DNA of 60,648 nt from a virus (Duplodnaviria > Caudoviricetes): positions 1-60,648 of the IMG/VR virus record IMGVR_UViG_3300032266_000396. One strand, written 5' to 3'. The first letter of the stretch is position 1. Each line of letters opens with the position of its first letter. Below, one piece after another: positions 1 through 10,530 of this stretch. The notes under the pieces were generated by a model. It saw only the letters and a program-made list of their open reading frames with translations, was not told the DNA's origin and made no database searches. A program made the position numbers and the translations under genes.

Positions 1-123
1 AACATTGAACTCAAAACCTTTGAACTCTCCGTTAAATACCTCATCAGTCTTTTGGTTAAACCAATTTCTTTTTCTTTCATTCTCCTCTTCAATAGTCTTC
101 GCCTGCTTGGTGTATTGCTTATA
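1..123. repeat. Terminal direct repeat (circular-contig overlap), copy 1
   Basis: Bases 1-123 are identical to 60526-60648 and fall in the middle of a gene. Confidence 0.97.
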
Positions 124-765
124 GCTTTCATAGACTTCTTTTTCCTCATCAGAAACAAATGCGGTGCTTGACTCAAGCGGCACTTTATACTTTTCTTTTT
201 GATTATTAAAAAATTTCTTTGCTTCAGCAACAGCCTTTTTTCTTTCTAATTTTATTTTTCTAATAGTTGACTCTTCATCAATGTCTTCGTCATATCTATA
301 CGATTCCATTAATGTGTCAATATCTTCAGCATCAAGACCTTCTTGTGTTGCTGATAGATAATTTTCAAGTAAGTCATTAGGGTCCATTGAATCGTAATCT
401 TTTTTAAGACTCAAAAAATCCTCAAAACCTCTACCTGTTTCTTTTTTGTATTTCATATAAGCAGCGACATCTTCAGGCAAAGCCTCAGCTTCTTGTCTTT
501 CTGCCGTCAATTCATCTAATGAATTAATTTGCTTATTGTATCTTTTTCCAATATATGAAAGAACTTGCTCTTCGCTTAATTCTGTAGGCTCATCAATTAC
601 AGGTGTCTCAACTACAGGTATTTCAATTGTAGGAGTTTCCACCACTGGAATATCTTGACCGGGTATTCTAACATCTTGAAATTGTTGTTCGTGCTTGTCT
701 AGTAATTCTTGTTCTACTTGAGCTACACTTTTTTCTTCTGTTCCGTCTAATAATCTTACTTTCAT
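1..765 (-). CDS. Putative capsid scaffolding protein, 5' part; continues across the contig junction to 60175 (371 aa total)
   Basis: ATG at 765 (MKVRLLDGTEEKSVAQVEQELL...), acidic; in frame with ORF 60175..60378 after circularisation; lies between portal and major capsid genes. Confidence 0.75.
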   Translation of the reverse strand, partial: MKVRLLDGTEEKSVAQVEQELLDKHEQQFQDVRIPGQDIPVVETPTIEIPVVETPVIDEPTELSEEQVLSYIGKRYNKQINSLDELTAERQEAEALPEDVAAYMKYKKETGRGFEDFLSLKKDYDSMDPNDLLENYLSATQEGLDAEDIDTLMESYRYDEDIDEESTIRKIKLERKKAVAEAKKFFNNQKEKYKVPLESSTAFVSDEEKEVYESYKQYTKQAKTIEEENERKRNWFNQKTDEVFNGEFKGFEFNV

Positions 766-787
766 TTTGATTTGATTTAATTTTTTA

Positions 788-795
788 CAAAGCTA
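788..795 (-). promoter_or_regulatory. Bacteroidota-type -7 promoter element TAGCTTTG for scaffold/capsid genes
   Basis: Matches TAnnTTTG, intergenic, 23 nt upstream of the ATG at 765. Confidence 0.6.
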
Positions 796-813
796 TACAA
801 TTTTTTTGATATT

Positions 814-3249
814 TTAACGAGGCTCAAATTCTCCTAAATCAAACCCATCTAAACTGTCCTCATTTGATTCAAAATCTAATGGAGGTAAATTGTTTTTTCT
901 TTGATTTATAAGTTTAGACTGTTGACTATTTTGAAGACTAACTCGTTTATCTTTAGCGTCTTCCTTCAGTTGGTCTCTTTTGGATATTTTGTTGACCTCC
1001 ATATTATTTAGCTCTAAATTGTAATTAAACTCCTCAGCCATTAAGTGAGATTTTAATTCAGCTTCTACTTGCATAGTCTTAATATTGTACTCAGTTTCCA
1101 TCTGTTTTAATTGCATTTTCATCTGCAATTGACCTTGCATATTTTGCATAGCCGACTGTGCAGCTAATTGCTGAGCTTGCATTTGTTGCTGAGAAACCAT
1201 AGCTTGTTTTTGCATTTCCAACTTTTCTTCTCTATCTTGCTTCTTAACCCTTTTTTGTTTTAATAATTGATTTGCAAGTTTAAGATTTCTAAGCTCACGA
1301 ATATCAATAGCATCTTCAAGATTAATATCCCCTTTAGATAATGCCATTTGTACGTTAGCCTCAAGTTGTGCTTTTTGTTCTTCATCAGGAGCAACTTCAA
1401 TAAAAATACCAAAGTCATAAATGTAAAGGTCTGCAATATCTCCTAAAATAGAAACATTGTATTTACCTATCTGATTAATAAACTCATCTTTGAAGTCAGA
1501 GTATTCTAAAATATCTGCAATTCTATAAGTTAATGCTTCCGACATTGAGCGATAGATGTATAATCCACCATCAAGTATGTGTCGGGTAGCTGTATTTGAA
1601 TTAAGAGCTGCTAATTTTTGTAATCCAACTAATGAATTAGGGTCAGGAGTAGAACCATCTCTTGCTTCATTTAATCCTGTTACCGTTCTAATCATATCCA
1701 TATAATGATTGTAATTGGTAATAAGCATTTGAGTTTTACCTGTTCCGTTGTTTGAGTTCAATTGAGTAATTGGAACTTTAGCATTATTAAAGTCTCCATC
1801 TTGAGTAAAACTTCTACCTACAACAGAACCTGTTTGAAAGTACAGTCTTAAAGCATCTTCAGGATTGTAAGCTGCTCCATTACCTAAATCAACTTCGTTA
1901 AGACCATCGGCATCAATAAATACACCATCAGGAACAACACGATTTATTACTTGTTGTAATTTTAAATGAGTAAGTTGAATAAGGTCTGCAAAAGGTATCA
2001 TTCTACGAACCAAAGACTCTATAGCTCCCTTATACATTCTTGGTGCACAGGCTATATAGTTTGGCAATGCGTATTGTGATGCTGATTTTGGTCTAACCAT
2101 ATTCTCAGACATTTTCCACTGTAAAAGGATATTTGTTCCCATTACCATAATACCTTCATACCAAACATCAATAGTTTTTTCTATTTTCTCAAAATTACCT
2201 TCTTCCATCATTTGTGCAGGAGGATTAAAAGTATCATCCTTAGGTATTATTCGAGAACCACCATTGTCAAGAATTTTCTTCTTGTAAACTATTTTCTTTG
2301 TGGTTTTATAGTTGAAGTACATCAAAGTACAAGTGTCTCTTGAGAATACACTATTCTCATAGAATTGAGCTACATTATAATAGTCATACCAACCTTGACT
2401 GTATTGCGTTATTTCCTGTAAATCATCTTTGGTTAGTTTTTGGTCAATCTTCATTAATTCTGTAATTGCCATAGTTTTTATTTCTCCCCAATAGAAACAG
2501 TCTCTAAAGTAAGGGTCTTCGGTATAACTATAAACAATATTTGCAGGGTCAACATAAGATATTTTAACTCCTGCTCCTTGAAGAAATTCGTGCTTAGCTA
2601 TAGAGATACCAAGTACTGTAGCATCGTAATCAAGTCTTTTTCTAATGTCATCATAATGATTAACATCAAACATTGTATTTAGAGCTTCTTCTTCTGCAAT
2701 TTCAATAGCAGGTTTATAGTTTAGCTGCATATATAATGCTAACTCCTCATCAGTGTTTGGCAATTCTTCAGGGTCCATAACAAATGGGTCAACTCCTGAA
2801 AGGTCTTTAATCTTTGTTAAGATTTCTTTACCTGCCATTTGAGATTCCATCATCTCCTGATATTTATTCCTTTTAGATTGAGACATTGCATCTTGTGCGT
2901 ATGCTTTCACTTTAAACAATCTTTCAGACATTCCATTAACGACAATATCAACGAATTTTGGAATAACAGGAACCGGTGTCCAATCTAAGTTTAAATAAGA
3001 CAAATCTCCATCAATAGCTAATTCATTTTTATATTTACCAACGGATTGTTCTCCTCTTGCATACAATCTCAATCTATGAAACTCTCTCCATTGACTGTAG
3101 TATCTACAATTGTTTCCATCCTTTCTGAACCATTCGTATTGAATAGCTTGACCAACTTGTAGCCCAAATTGTTGAGATGCTTTTTCCGCATCAGTAGCTA
3201 ACTGACTTGGAAATGCTGATGATGTAATATCTATTGTTACGTTTTTCAT
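814..3249 (-). CDS. Portal protein
   Basis: 811 aa, downstream of terminase; YLNLDWTPVPVIPKFVDIVVNG and TGLNEARDGS motifs as recalled from Bacteroidota podovirus portals; Q-rich coiled-coil C-terminus. Confidence 0.85.
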   Translation of the reverse strand: MKNVTIDITSSAFPSQLATDAEKASQQFGLQVGQAIQYEWFRKDGNNCRYYSQWREFHRLRLYARGEQSVGKYKNELAIDGDLSYLNLDWTPVPVIPKFVDIVVNGMSERLFKVKAYAQDAMSQSKRNKYQEMMESQMAGKEILTKIKDLSGVDPFVMDPEELPNTDEELALYMQLNYKPAIEIAEEEALNTMFDVNHYDDIRKRLDYDATVLGISIAKHEFLQGAGVKISYVDPANIVYSYTEDPYFRDCFYWGEIKTMAITELMKIDQKLTKDDLQEITQYSQGWYDYYNVAQFYENSVFSRDTCTLMYFNYKTTKKIVYKKKILDNGGSRIIPKDDTFNPPAQMMEEGNFEKIEKTIDVWYEGIMVMGTNILLQWKMSENMVRPKSASQYALPNYIACAPRMYKGAIESLVRRMIPFADLIQLTHLKLQQVINRVVPDGVFIDADGLNEVDLGNGAAYNPEDALRLYFQTGSVVGRSFTQDGDFNNAKVPITQLNSNNGTGKTQMLITNYNHYMDMIRTVTGLNEARDGSTPDPNSLVGLQKLAALNSNTATRHILDGGLYIYRSMSEALTYRIADILEYSDFKDEFINQIGKYNVSILGDIADLYIYDFGIFIEVAPDEEQKAQLEANVQMALSKGDINLEDAIDIRELRNLKLANQLLKQKRVKKQDREEKLEMQKQAMVSQQQMQAQQLAAQSAMQNMQGQLQMKMQLKQMETEYNIKTMQVEAELKSHLMAEEFNYNLELNNMEVNKISKRDQLKEDAKDKRVSLQNSQQSKLINQRKNNLPPLDFESNEDSLDGFDLGEFEPR

Positions 3250-5540
3250 TTTATTAATTGACTTGTTGAACCATCATTAGAATACCTTGCGAAGTTAATA
3301 CTTATTTTTGAATTTTTTTTCTCAGGTGTATATAAGTGCTTTTGATTAGCCATTATAGCTAATCCTGAACTAATGGATGCATCAAATTTATTTCTATCGT
3401 CTATATCAAATTTAGCCCAATCTTCAAGAGTTCTAGTAAAAGGCATAGTACCCATATCTCCGCCATCTCTATAATCTCCTGTAAAATCTATTCCAATGTA
3501 TTTTTCTATATAAGACTCAATTGCCGATGCGTGAGATTGTTTAACATCTTCTGAAGAGTTAGGTATTCCTCCAAGTTCACGCTCTGTTTTTGTTAGTTTA
3601 TTGTATTGTTTATCAGGTCTATTCAAACAGTAATTCCTGTAACCTCTATTTTTAAAATGATAAAGCAAACGAGGTTTATTATTTTCAATTAGAATTGGCA
3701 TACCATAAAACACACAAGCCATAAGAACTTCCTCAAAAAATATCTCGGCAGTTTGTGGTCTAGCAACATACTCTAAAAAAAACTCATTTACAGGAGCCTC
3801 ATCCATATGAAATTTAGTAAGTCCGTGTAAAGCTCCATTAGAACCTCTACCTCCAACTACTGCAGATATATCATAACTATCGCACCCAAATGAGCCAATA
3901 TGTTCATTGCCGGGGTATTTCATTCCATTTTTTAAATGCACATTATTTTGAAGATATTTTGCAGGAGTCCAACTAACTTTAAACCTTCCTCTCGAATCAG
4001 GAGTAAATATAACTTTACTATCGTTCTCTCCATCTCTCCAATGAAAAAAACCTCTAGTTATAAAATGTTCTTTTATAAGGCTATCGTTGTAATCAATCTG
4101 TTGATATATTTTTGTAAGATTAAACAAAGACTGTTTACTCTCATCTCTAAATGCGTGTGATTCAGTTCTTGGAAACTGACGATAGAACTCATTTAAAGCA
4201 TCGGCATCATTTTTAAGAGAGTCAACCTCAGCTTGCCAATAATCTACAGCTCCATTTTTTATCATCATACCATCAACTCCCATAACAGGTTCCTCAGGCT
4301 TATAGAAAACAGGCATACCATATCTATCAATGAATCCCTCCATATTCCATTCCATAGGAATAAACAAAGCATACAATCCGCTTTTTGTTTGACCATTAGC
4401 ATTGCGACTTGCAACCGCTGAATCTTCAAACATATCTTTGTAATTCTGACCTCCTTTAGATAAAGCATTTGAGGTAGAACCCATCATACACTTTCCAATA
4501 ATTTTAGAACCTAATCTAAGACAAGTTTTAGTTACTCGCCAATTCTCTTTAATGTTGTTCGGCTTAGTCCATTTACCTGACTCATCGTGAGCTAAGAATA
4601 ATAACTTTTCTCCATCATAGGAGTTATCTTCTGTGTTTTTCCAATCTATTGATGTATCTAAACCTTCTATTATTTCATTTTCGGTTTCATACATATTTTT
4701 CTTAGTAATCTTAGTTGCAGGAACACGGAAAGCTAATTCTGTTTTTGGCTTGTCCATACCATCCATAATAGGTTTGAAGAAAAACGGAAGCCTGCTATTT
4801 ATCGGAACCACTTTATCAGTGAACATCTTCTTAGCATCAGAACCTGTCTTAGATAAAATTCCAATCCTTGAATCACGAGCAAGAGTACCAACATTTACAC
4901 ATTCTGATGAAGACATAAACGAGAATCCTGAACGCCTAATTTTTAAGTATATCATACCAAAACTTCTTGAGTCAGCTCTACAGGCTTCCCAAAAAATCCA
5001 ATAGATTCTATTTGCTTCACGAAAATCAGGATAGCCAACATCAATACTTGACCATTGAAGATACATATAGTGAGAACCTGTTATATAAGTTGGAGTTCCG
5101 TTATTCATAAACCACACACCATTCTCTCTGCAATCAAATTCATTTTCAATGTAATCAACCCATCTGTTCTTAAAGTCAGATGGCATTTCGTTCCATTGGA
5201 ATATTGATTGTATTCTTGAGAGTTGTTTTGGAAGAGGTTCTCTTTCCCAATACTGTTCAGATTTTGTAGAGTGTCTTTGAAGACACTTTTTTGGAACCGG
5301 AGGCAACGCAATATAAAGACCGGCTATTTTTACAACATCTCCTATCTCTCCTGTTTTAGAAATTATTATAACATCATATTGGTCATTATAGCCATATAGC
5401 CAAGACTTATTGCCATTCTTTTTAGTAATAGAATGGGCAGGTATGTAATCTTTGACTACGGTGTATAAACTATTTAGACCTTCTTTCTGCAAACCCTTGT
5501 TTTGTATCAGTTTTACTTCCTCCTTTTTCAGACATCTCAA
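3246..5540 (-). CDS. terL: Terminase large subunit (true start may be TTG near 5492)
   Basis: KIRRSGFS Walker A-like motif, LAHDESGK Walker B, GSTSN coupling motif, C-terminal nuclease with GCDSYD and ENNK. Confidence 0.9.
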   Translation of the reverse strand: MRCLKKEEVKLIQNKGLQKEGLNSLYTVVKDYIPAHSITKKNGNKSWLYGYNDQYDVIIISKTGEIGDVVKIAGLYIALPPVPKKCLQRHSTKSEQYWEREPLPKQLSRIQSIFQWNEMPSDFKNRWVDYIENEFDCRENGVWFMNNGTPTYITGSHYMYLQWSSIDVGYPDFREANRIYWIFWEACRADSRSFGMIYLKIRRSGFSFMSSSECVNVGTLARDSRIGILSKTGSDAKKMFTDKVVPINSRLPFFFKPIMDGMDKPKTELAFRVPATKITKKNMYETENEIIEGLDTSIDWKNTEDNSYDGEKLLFLAHDESGKWTKPNNIKENWRVTKTCLRLGSKIIGKCMMGSTSNALSKGGQNYKDMFEDSAVASRNANGQTKSGLYALFIPMEWNMEGFIDRYGMPVFYKPEEPVMGVDGMMIKNGAVDYWQAEVDSLKNDADALNEFYRQFPRTESHAFRDESKQSLFNLTKIYQQIDYNDSLIKEHFITRGFFHWRDGENDSKVIFTPDSRGRFKVSWTPAKYLQNNVHLKNGMKYPGNEHIGSFGCDSYDISAVVGGRGSNGALHGLTKFHMDEAPVNEFFLEYVARPQTAEIFFEEVLMACVFYGMPILIENNKPRLLYHFKNRGYRNYCLNRPDKQYNKLTKTERELGGIPNSSEDVKQSHASAIESYIEKYIGIDFTGDYRDGGDMGTMPFTRTLEDWAKFDIDDRNKFDASISSGLAIMANQKHLYTPEKKNSKISINFARYSNDGSTSQLIK
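5271..5286. repeat. 16-bp palindrome GTGTCTTTGAAGACAC inside terminase
   Basis: Exact reverse-orientation copy; encodes CLQRH. Confidence 0.9.
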
Positions 5541-5766
5541 TGCTTTCTCTTTCAGCTTCTATTCTATTTAGAATCTCGAATGCATCAAATATAGCTAACT
5601 TTTTTGTAGCCGCTGCATTTTTTAACTTGTCAGCAGCTAAATTTCCATTTTCCCCATCTGAATCATTATAGTTATTCAAAATAGGGTCTTCCGCAATTTT
5701 AATTAATTCTAATACCGCCTTATGACCGGCAGCAATTATTTTTAGTTTTGTTTCTTTAGTTGTCAT
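5470..5766 (-). CDS. Hypothetical protein, possible terminase small subunit
   Basis: 98 aa, helical, directly upstream of and overlapping terL. Confidence 0.5.
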   Translation of the reverse strand: MTTKETKLKIIAAGHKAVLELIKIAEDPILNNYNDSDGENGNLAADKLKNAAATKKLAIFDAFEILNRIEAERESIEMSEKGGSKTDTKQGFAERRSK

Positions 5767-5770
5767 ACGA

Positions 5771-6337
5771 TTATCTATAAAACATTACATACACCATTCG
5801 CCCTTCTTTCCAACCTGTGTTGGGATATTTACTATGAAAGTAATTAGAAGGGTACATAAGAGCACGATTGGGTCTATATCCTACTACAGAATGAAGTTCC
5901 CAACTTTCTAAGTTATTTTCTTCCTCTGAACGAAATTTATCTGTTTCTTTATCAGAAATATTTAAAGGCATTTCATATCCAAAATTTTTATGTTTCCAAA
6001 AAGCGGTTCCGTGGAGCCCTTCTTTTGTAGATGGAGATATATATAGCACAAGTGCTCTTTCAGGTCTAATATTACCTGTTTTTGAATCTGCGTGTATTCT
6101 CCAATCAGTATCAAACTCTTCAGTTGATACTCTAAAAAATCCTAATAAACATTCTCTTTGGATTCCATCAATAGCAGATAGCTTTTCTAAAACATATTTA
6201 TCAAAAACTTCGTTGCTATATTGCACCCAAAAATCTTTATCTCCAACTTTTATAGCTTGAAAATCATTTACTAATAATAGTTTGTAAATAGAATCGTAAA
6301 CTCCTTCTTCTAAAAAATCATCTACAATATTTATCAT
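5771..6337 (-). CDS. 2OG-Fe(II) oxygenase-like protein
   Basis: IHAD (HxD), LVLYI, GTAFW, NRALMY and FHS motifs plus a distal Arg. Confidence 0.7.
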   Translation of the reverse strand: MINIVDDFLEEGVYDSIYKLLLVNDFQAIKVGDKDFWVQYSNEVFDKYVLEKLSAIDGIQRECLLGFFRVSTEEFDTDWRIHADSKTGNIRPERALVLYISPSTKEGLHGTAFWKHKNFGYEMPLNISDKETDKFRSEEENNLESWELHSVVGYRPNRALMYPSNYFHSKYPNTGWKEGRMVYVMFYR

Positions 6338-6897
6338 AGCTTCACGGTTATTTGATGGTCATACATACGATATAATTTCTCTCCATCAACAGTAAATTCG
6401 TATTCACTATCGGGAGAGAAACAGATATAATCCCCTTGTTTTATGCCTTGACTTAATAGGTATTCATTTGGATAGACCATCTGCCCCATTAAAGGTTCTT
6501 CTTTTATGAATTTTTTTATGTAATAATCTGTAGCAGAAATTGGTCTAACAAAGCAATACTTATCATAAGCATTCCAAGTGTCGCCTTTTTTATACAAAAA
6601 GAATTGGTCTGTTTCTATAAAGAATAAGTCATCTTTGAAGAAACTCTTGCCGCTTTTTTGACGACCTCTCATATCATTATAATACTTAAAAGCATTATGA
6701 TGTACAAGAAGTATGTCTCCTATCGAGATAGGACCGCTGTAGCCTGCAGGTAGCTCGATAACTTTTGCATATCTATTAGAAAACTTGTGGTCTTCTTCTG
6801 AGGTACTAACTATAAAGTCAGTTCCTCCAATATCTTTTGTATTATCGTAACGCTTTCCATTTACAGGCTTTGCTATAAAGTAGAATGGAGATTTCAT
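6334..6897 (-). CDS. GroES-like protein with two tandem GroES-type repeats
   Basis: C-half (YCFVRP...GIKQGDYICF...EFTVDGEKLYRM) aligns by eye with the GroES at 14901; N-half has SIGDILLVHH. Confidence 0.5.
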   Translation of the reverse strand: MKSPFYFIAKPVNGKRYDNTKDIGGTDFIVSTSEEDHKFSNRYAKVIELPAGYSGPISIGDILLVHHNAFKYYNDMRGRQKSGKSFFKDDLFFIETDQFFLYKKGDTWNAYDKYCFVRPISATDYYIKKFIKEEPLMGQMVYPNEYLLSQGIKQGDYICFSPDSEYEFTVDGEKLYRMYDHQITVKL

Positions 6898-7124
6898 TAA
6901 AAGTCTATATTAAATTCGATTGAAATTGGAACCGTAAAGGTAAACTCTTTCCACAAAACTACCTCTTCTTTTTTGTTAATAATATAGATTTGTATTGATT
7001 GTGTAGATGAATTTCTTTTAATGTGATGAATTTCATTTGAATCTCCTAAAACTTTTTGACCAACTATGTAATGCATAGCACCACTTTTATAGTCAGGTCC
7101 TATTGATATTTTTCTTATGTCCAT
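6897..7124 (-). CDS. Hypothetical protein
   Basis: 75-aa ORF translationally coupled to its neighbours. Confidence 0.7.
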   Translation of the reverse strand: MDIRKISIGPDYKSGAMHYIVGQKVLGDSNEIHHIKRNSSTQSIQIYIINKKEEVVLWKEFTFTVPISIEFNIDF

Positions 7125-7249
7125 TATTCAATTGTTATTTCTTCTTCTACTATTATGTATTCATAACCTGAATTTTCAGCTTCCTCTAAAGATAGTGTTT
7201 CAGTATATGCCATATCTCCTAATAGTATTCTATATTTTGTTAGTATCAT
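7124..7249 (-). CDS. Small hypothetical protein (41 aa), possible fibre accessory
   Basis: MILTKYRILLGDMAYTETLSLEEAENSGYEYIIVEEEITIE; fills the gap, overlapping stop/start codons at both ends. Confidence 0.55.
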   Translation of the reverse strand: MILTKYRILLGDMAYTETLSLEEAENSGYEYIIVEEEITIE

Positions 7250-9468
7250 CGTGTTAGTGTTGGAATTGTTACTTGTACTAAATCTAAAATCGGAGAATCC
7301 TGTTGCGTTACACTACTACTTGTAAATACTATAGATGAATTTAAAACTGTTGTAGGTATATTAGCAGAAAGCGTTTGAGAAAATACTTGTGTATTTGAAT
7401 TATCATATAATTCAAAAGTAATTAATGATGTTGATGTACAAGTTATTATAGCTCTAAACCAATAAGAATTTGTTAAAACAGCTGCAATTGGATGACTGGT
7501 AAAAGTATATGCACTTGTTGAACTTCTAGTAGAAGCTGATGCTGTTTTTCCCACTATTGTATCAGTTGTTGCTCCTCCTACAAACTCAAAATAAACACCA
7601 TTTGTAGCATCAACAGAAGATGCAGGACCGTCATAAAATCCAAATCTCATTGTTGCTCCACTTGTTGCTAAGTATTGTAGTTGAAATAATAATTCAAATT
7701 TATAACCTGCCCCTACAACCATCATACCTGCTGATGTAGCTACAGGTGTATTTGTAGTTGAAATCCAAGCACCTGAATTTAATATTCCAGTATTTCTAAA
7801 ATATAAAATACCGGGATGATTTGCTGTAGATGCTTGAGCTCTAATTTGTCCTGAACTTATTAATCCACTTTGAAAATATCCTGTTGGTAAAACAGGAGAA
7901 AAGAAATCATTACTAAAAGCATAATTTCCTGTTCTAATATCAGCAGATTGTTTATTGTTAAACGTATTAAAATTTGAAGATGTCAAATATCCATCTACAG
8001 AAGCTGTAGCTGCAGGCATAGATATAACAGGAGTAGTTCCTCCTGTAGATGCAACTGGTGCAGTAGCTGTTACTGATGTAACTGTGCCTACTCCTGCTCC
8101 AATAGCTGTTCTAAATGAAGAAGCATCTAATGTTGATATTGAGTTATCTGCATTAACTCTTATAAATGTTATTGCTGATGGATTAACAAGCGTAAATAAA
8201 TTACTTCCTACTGTATTTGCTCCTAAAGATGCTCTTCCTGTAGAAGCAGTTAAGCCAGTTGCTCCTCCATCCCATTTATTTCTATCTGTATATGCTGTAT
8301 CCCAATTTGTGTTATTATAACTAGCTGTTGTTGGTATTAAATATCCTGATGTAAGACTAAATACACCTGTTGTATTTGTATATGTTAACCCTGTTGCTGA
8401 AGATGATAATGCCGTTAATCCTATACCTCCAAGTCCTGCAAGTGTATATGTAGGAACATTTAATACTCCTGATGACAATGTACTTGCTCCACTACTTCCT
8501 GTTACAGTTAATGATGTAAATACAGCTGTTGGAGGTGTTGGTATGTTTAAAACATTAGCTGCTAATGTTGCTGCTCCGCTACCTGTTGTAGTAAGAGATG
8601 TTATTCTATTCAAATATGCCTGATTCCAAAAACCGGCATTTGTTATCCTGCTATCGGCTAAAGTTCCAGTCCATCCTAATGTTAAAGATACTCCTTGTAA
8701 TAAAGCTGTAGAAGGAGAGCCTCCTAATGTCAATGTTATATTTGTATCATCAGTTTTAGTTAAAGCCGCAGGAGTGATTGTCGGACCTGTACTAACAGAC
8801 CCATCAGCCATTAAGTACTGCAAACTTGTTCCTCCTGTTTTTATGAATGAAGTTGCAGTAATATTACCTATAAGATTTATATTATTAGTAGCAGTATTAC
8901 CTACTAATAATACATCGTTCAATCCGGGTGTTGTTAAAATAGGAGTGTTTATCCATTTTATTCCTGTTGCTGTTTTGGAAAGTAATTGTCCTGTTGTTCC
9001 AATAGCAGAAGTTTCGTCTTGTATATTTCCCGGTATTACTTTAGTCAAAGTAATATTACCTGTAAGAATAATGTTTTTAGTAGCTGTGTTTCCTTTATCG
9101 AGTACCTGTTGTAAGTTATCTACAGGTAAATTAACCCAATTTATACCTAACAACCCTTTACTAAGAAATTGATAAACAGTTCCTTGATTTCCAAGTGAAT
9201 CTTCAATATTATCAGTTTTTATTAGTGTAGCGTCAATATTACCTATTAATGTAATATTTTGAGTAGCAATATTCCCTACATTAAGAACTTGTTGAAGTGA
9301 TGGAGTAGGGAAATTAGTTGAAAATAAATGCAACAATTCCCCTAACGAAAAGTTTTTTGTCGCAAGAGGAATTGGAGAAGGGATAGGTCTAAGAGCTTCT
9401 GTTCCTATTAGCCTATCGCTTAATTCCAAAGGAGTATCGGCTGATGGATAAGTAGCTATTTTTGACAT
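7246..9468 (-). CDS. Tail fibre / receptor-binding protein
   Basis: 740 aa, T/S/G/A-rich; three LQQVLxxGNxAT-type repeats; GYLTSSNFNTFNNKQ fibre motif; lectin-like C-terminus. Confidence 0.8.
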   Translation of the reverse strand: MSKIATYPSADTPLELSDRLIGTEALRPIPSPIPLATKNFSLGELLHLFSTNFPTPSLQQVLNVGNIATQNITLIGNIDATLIKTDNIEDSLGNQGTVYQFLSKGLLGINWVNLPVDNLQQVLDKGNTATKNIILTGNITLTKVIPGNIQDETSAIGTTGQLLSKTATGIKWINTPILTTPGLNDVLLVGNTATNNINLIGNITATSFIKTGGTSLQYLMADGSVSTGPTITPAALTKTDDTNITLTLGGSPSTALLQGVSLTLGWTGTLADSRITNAGFWNQAYLNRITSLTTTGSGAATLAANVLNIPTPPTAVFTSLTVTGSSGASTLSSGVLNVPTYTLAGLGGIGLTALSSSATGLTYTNTTGVFSLTSGYLIPTTASYNNTNWDTAYTDRNKWDGGATGLTASTGRASLGANTVGSNLFTLVNPSAITFIRVNADNSISTLDASSFRTAIGAGVGTVTSVTATAPVASTGGTTPVISMPAATASVDGYLTSSNFNTFNNKQSADIRTGNYAFSNDFFSPVLPTGYFQSGLISSGQIRAQASTANHPGILYFRNTGILNSGAWISTTNTPVATSAGMMVVGAGYKFELLFQLQYLATSGATMRFGFYDGPASSVDATNGVYFEFVGGATTDTIVGKTASASTRSSTSAYTFTSHPIAAVLTNSYWFRAIITCTSTSLITFELYDNSNTQVFSQTLSANIPTTVLNSSIVFTSSSVTQQDSPILDLVQVTIPTLTR

Positions 9469-9479
9469 TATGTATTTTA

Positions 9480-9935
9480 TTAAATGTAAACTCTAATCTC
9501 TAAATGTAAACTTAATCCATCAATACTGTCAATTCCATCGTTTTGCTCTATGATAACAGAGTTTCCTCCTGATGCAGTCATATTAATATTTCTTGTTCCT
9601 CCTTCAGAGTCGTAAACTTTACAAAATTGTTTGTTTGGGAAAAAAGTTTTTGAAACAGGGAAAGCACCAGTTAATGTTCCTGTAAAAACCCCTGCAGAAG
9701 TTCTTGCCCAAGAAATAGAACCTATTGAATTATATAGCGGAGTTATTGAAGGAGCTTCTCCTCTTTCTTGATTAAAAAACACTACGTATGCTTTATAGGC
9801 ATTTGAAGGAGCAAGAGCAAGTATATCTGAAATGACATAGTTCTTAGTCATTAACAAATCACTAATATCTGTTCCAAGAAGATAATCTCCTAATTGAGGA
9901 GGAGTTGGTTGTGGATATGTACTAATCTTTGCCAT
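9480..9935 (-). CDS. Tail-associated protein sharing its N-terminus with the fibre
   Basis: MAKISTYP...LGDYLLGTD versus MSKIATYP...LSDRLIGTE. Confidence 0.55.
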   Translation of the reverse strand: MAKISTYPQPTPPQLGDYLLGTDISDLLMTKNYVISDILALAPSNAYKAYVVFFNQERGEAPSITPLYNSIGSISWARTSAGVFTGTLTGAFPVSKTFFPNKQFCKVYDSEGGTRNINMTASGGNSVIIEQNDGIDSIDGLSLHLEIRVYI

Positions 9936-9936
9936 C

Positions 9937-10278
9937 TTAGTTTAAGGTTAACAAGTATAAAATCTTATCTATTAATCCAATCATTTCATCTATAATGTTT
10001 TGTAATTCTGATTGGTAGTTGTCTCTCTCGGTATCAAGAGTTGAACGTAACTCTTTTAAATGAGTAGTAGCGTCTAATACTTTTGACTCAGGAATTACAA
10101 TTTCACATCTTTTATTTCTACCAAAATATGCTTCAGTAAAAGTATCAGTTAAATCAAGTATTCCATCATAATATTCATTTAATGCTTTGTGTTCTGCAAA
10201 TGATGTTGTTTGAAGATGTGCAATGTGCATTGCATCTCTTGATTGAAACAATGCTCCTATTAATTTACCTGCTGTCAT
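9937..10278 (-). CDS. Ferritin/Dps-like four-helix phage protein
   Basis: HIAHLQT...FAEHKALNEYY...D...EAY.G pattern resembles Dps helices. Confidence 0.55.
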   Translation of the reverse strand: MTAGKLIGALFQSRDAMHIAHLQTTSFAEHKALNEYYDGILDLTDTFTEAYFGRNKRCEIVIPESKVLDATTHLKELRSTLDTERDNYQSELQNIIDEMIGLIDKILYLLTLN

Positions 10279-10280
10279 AG

Positions 10281-10511
10281 TTATTCTGTTTTATGAGTTA
10301 CCTCTCCTGTTTGAATATTGATTACTGCATCTGCACCATAAGTATCAATTAATGACTTTTCGTGTGCTGAAAATTCTATTTTTAACTCTTCAATATGACG
10401 TAATATTTGTTGCTTTTGTAGCTCCATATCTCCAATAGCCATCTTTGCTTTATTGAACTCTGAGTTTAATTCTTGAATTTTTGTTAATTCTGCTTGCGTT
10501 ACTTGTTGCAT
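10281..10511 (-). CDS. Coiled-coil hypothetical protein
   Basis: 76 aa, ends YGADAVINIQTGEV. Confidence 0.65.
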   Translation of the reverse strand: MQQVTQAELTKIQELNSEFNKAKMAIGDMELQKQQILRHIEELKIEFSAHEKSLIDTYGADAVINIQTGEVTHKTE

Positions 10512-10530
10512 TTTATTTAGATTTAATTTT

